Positions 61,670-64,000 of a stretch of 64,000 nucleotides of DNA are shown one piece after another (positions within the stretch are counted from its first letter, which is position 1; each line of letters opens with the position of its first letter). Source of the DNA: the human T2T-CHM13v2.0 reference genome, Homo sapiens. The notes under the pieces were generated by a model. That model ran no database searches and was not told the origin of the DNA. It saw only the letters and a list, made by a program, of their open reading frames with translations. Location of the stretch: the NCBI RefSeq assembly GCF_009914755.1, contig NC_060929.1, one strand, 5' to 3'. The translations under genes were made by a program, and so were the position numbers.

Positions 61670-62370
61670 AATAAAATGATATCAGGAGGATGTATCAACC
61701 AAATCAATTGAAAGCACTAGAAATGGTAACCACATGTACAAATATGTAAAATTATTTTAAAATGTTATTTATATCTCTCCTTCGAATAATGGATTGTTTA
61801 GAAATAAAGCAATAAATTATAGCACAGAGTTTATAAGGTAGGTAAAATTAAAGTGTATAACAAGAATGGAATAAAGGCCAGGAGAAAATAAATAACACTG
61901 TTGTGAGGTTTTTGTACTATACGAAGGGGCAATATATAACTTGAAGTGTGTCTGTGATGTATACTACTATATATCCTAAAGCAGATACTAAAATAAGCAA
62001 ACACAGAAGGTAGTAAAGGAGGAAAAAGACAAACAGTAGATGGGAAAAATGGAAAATAAATATGACAGACAAAGATAACTATATCAATAATTATATTAAA
62101 TGTAAGCAGTTGAAACACTGAAATTAAAGGAAAAAATAGTCGAATTAAAAAGTAAGACTCAATGATATGCTACTTGCAAAAAAATTAAATCAAATTTTCC
62201 ATGAAAATCCACAGGGAAAAGTATACCATGATAATGCAAACGAAAATATAGCTGGAGTGGCTGTATTTATTTCAGCCAAAGTAATTTCAGAGATGATAAT
62301 AGTACTTCTATTCTCTGAATAAAGATAATACAATTCTATCCAGGAATAAAGAAGACTAATTCTTAGTGAT
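61670..62370 (+). mobile_element. Ancient L1M inter-ORF region plus ORF2 start
   Basis: tatcaataattatattaaatgtaa (ORF2 start-like), tgctacttgcaa, gctggagtggctgtatttatttcag. Confidence 0.6.
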
Positions 62371-63141
62371 TGTGGAATCAATTCATCACATGGACATAAT
62401 GATTTTCATCATTTGTGGTCATTTTAAGCCTCAAACGTTGATCCCCTGTTGTCAACCTTTGGTCAGAGTTTAGAGTCGCCACCCCCACCCGCCACCCAGC
62501 AGGTGCACTTGTGTGGGTGTAAAATTTGGAAAGTAGAGAAAGGGGACTAGTGACCTCAGCATTCAATTAACATATTTTAAAATAATTCCCCTGTTTCTAG
62601 AAAGTTGTTCTTCCCTCAAATATCTCTGAGCTTCCAAAGACCCTCTGTTTTGCCTTTTCAAGAGCATGAACCTCCATCATTCTGCTGTGATTGAGAAGGA
62701 CAGCTTCTCAATGTGCAGATGTGAAGAAGGGGACCCAGGGATCTATTTGCTTTTTAAATATAACTTAATTTGTGTCTCTTATTTGAGTCCTGGTATCAGT
62801 TAGTGTTTAACTAGGGGAGCAGTACCACTATGAGTAATGGGATGAGGGATTCATTATAGAAATCAGATTGGCACAATTAGGGGAGAAGCTGGAGAAATGA
62901 AGGTCTAAAGGGAAACAAGAACATAGGAGGAGATTCCCATCAGTCAACCTGAGCAGCCAAGCACATCTGCTGCTGAGGCTAGGCTGCTCGGGGGCTGGTG
63001 GAGAAGTTCACACCAGAACTCTGCGATTCCCCAGAAAAGCAGAGCAGCGCCTGACACCCAGGCATGCCCTGGCATTATCAGGCAGATCTTGGTGTTTTTA
63101 TGAGCTGGTGTGGCACTCATGGCTGTGCCTCGGTGCTTTCC

Positions 63142-63653
63142 TGTTGAACATAAATGATTTCACAGAACATTAATATGAGACAAGATCACTCTGTGACTAT
63201 GATAGATCAAGACACAACAACAACGAAGATAGCAAACAGACCATTCCAGAATCATGCCTAAATAGAGACAAAACATGCATATCATCCGAGCTGCAAAATA
63301 CAAAAATCTCTCTTCCTCAGGTAATATGAGTGGCTGCTTTTTTTATTATTATTAATTACTGCTTTAGCATCTAGAATGCCCTCCCATAGGTAAGATTTAT
63401 TGAGGTACCAATCATAGAATGACCTTCCCTTCTTGACTGCAGCCAACAGAGACCAATTCCCTATTTCACTAAATCCTTTCAAAACCACCAAGCAAAGCTC
63501 ACATCCTATAATAGGTTCTTTCTGACACCCTTTACTGGGACACCTGGCAATTCTCCATGGTGTGTGTGTACTCCCTCACGGTGACAAATGAGAAACCCAA
63601 CTTACTTAAGTGCAGGTGAGCTCTTGGAGGCCTTTGGCTGCAGGGCACCGACA
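63142..63653 (+). mobile_element. ERV1-type solo LTR (MER67-like)
   Basis: tgttgaacataaa...cactctgtgactatgatagatcaagac...aatatgagtggctgct...tcctataataggttctttctgacacc...ctttggctgcagggcaccgaca; family name is tentative. Confidence 0.6.
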
Positions 63654-63753
63654 TCTCACAGCCCAGCATGTGGTGACAGACTTGGGGCCACTGGGTTCAA
63701 TAGAGTCAACAGTCAGGAAGAAGATTTGGATGAAAACAGAAGACAGTGAGGAC

Positions 63754-63937
63754 TAAAGGCCAGGAGAAAAGAAATGGAAGTATACTGTTGTGAGGATTTT
63801 GTACTATATGAAGGGGCAATATATCACTTGAAGGGTGCCTGTGATATATACTACTATATATCCTGAAGCAACTACTAAAATAAGCAAACAAAGAAGGTAG
63901 TAAGAAAGGAAAAAGACAAATAGTCAATGGGAGAAAT
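63754..63937 (+). repeat. Local direct duplicate of 61872-62050
   Basis: TAAAGGCCAGGAGAAAA...ACTGTTGTGAGG..TTTGTACTATA.GAAGGGGCAATATAT.ACTTGAAG...TACTAAAATAAGCAAAC...GGAAAAAGACAAA shared by both copies. Confidence 0.9.
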
Positions 63938-64000
63938 CACCTGGCAGCTCTGCACCTTACCTGCTTCCTCCTCTGAAATCTTTGGTTGCCACCTAGCTTT

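Overview
This is great-ape (most likely human) AT-rich genomic DNA, intronic or intergenic. No host protein-coding exon, RNA gene or CRISPR array can be supported. About half of the window is interspersed repeat: about 13 Alu insertions or fragments (J, S, Y), L1 copies from ancient L1M to young L1PA, solo LTRs (THE1, MLT1, MLT2, MER50-like, MER67-like), hAT MITEs (MER20, MER58), MIR/L2 relics and microsatellites. The only long ORFs belong to a near full-length young L1 (late L1PA3/L1PA2) at about 38876-44407. Its 5'UTR is precisely spliced (CCATCTGAG|CTTTGAAGAG, about 524 nt missing), which makes it a spliced integrated retrotransposed element (SpIRE 97/622 type). It also lacks the 129-bp ZNF93-binding segment, has a frameshifted ORF1, has an ORF2 open for 960 aa (EN plus RT), and shows no clean TSD. 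Other notable structures are a split AluSc-like pair inside an L1PA7, a ~180-bp local duplication, an L1 inserted at the centre of a palindrome, and nested insertions. I found no convincing previously undescribed system. Subfamily names come from recalled consensus sequences and need RepeatMasker/Dfam confirmation, and boundaries of old elements are approximate.
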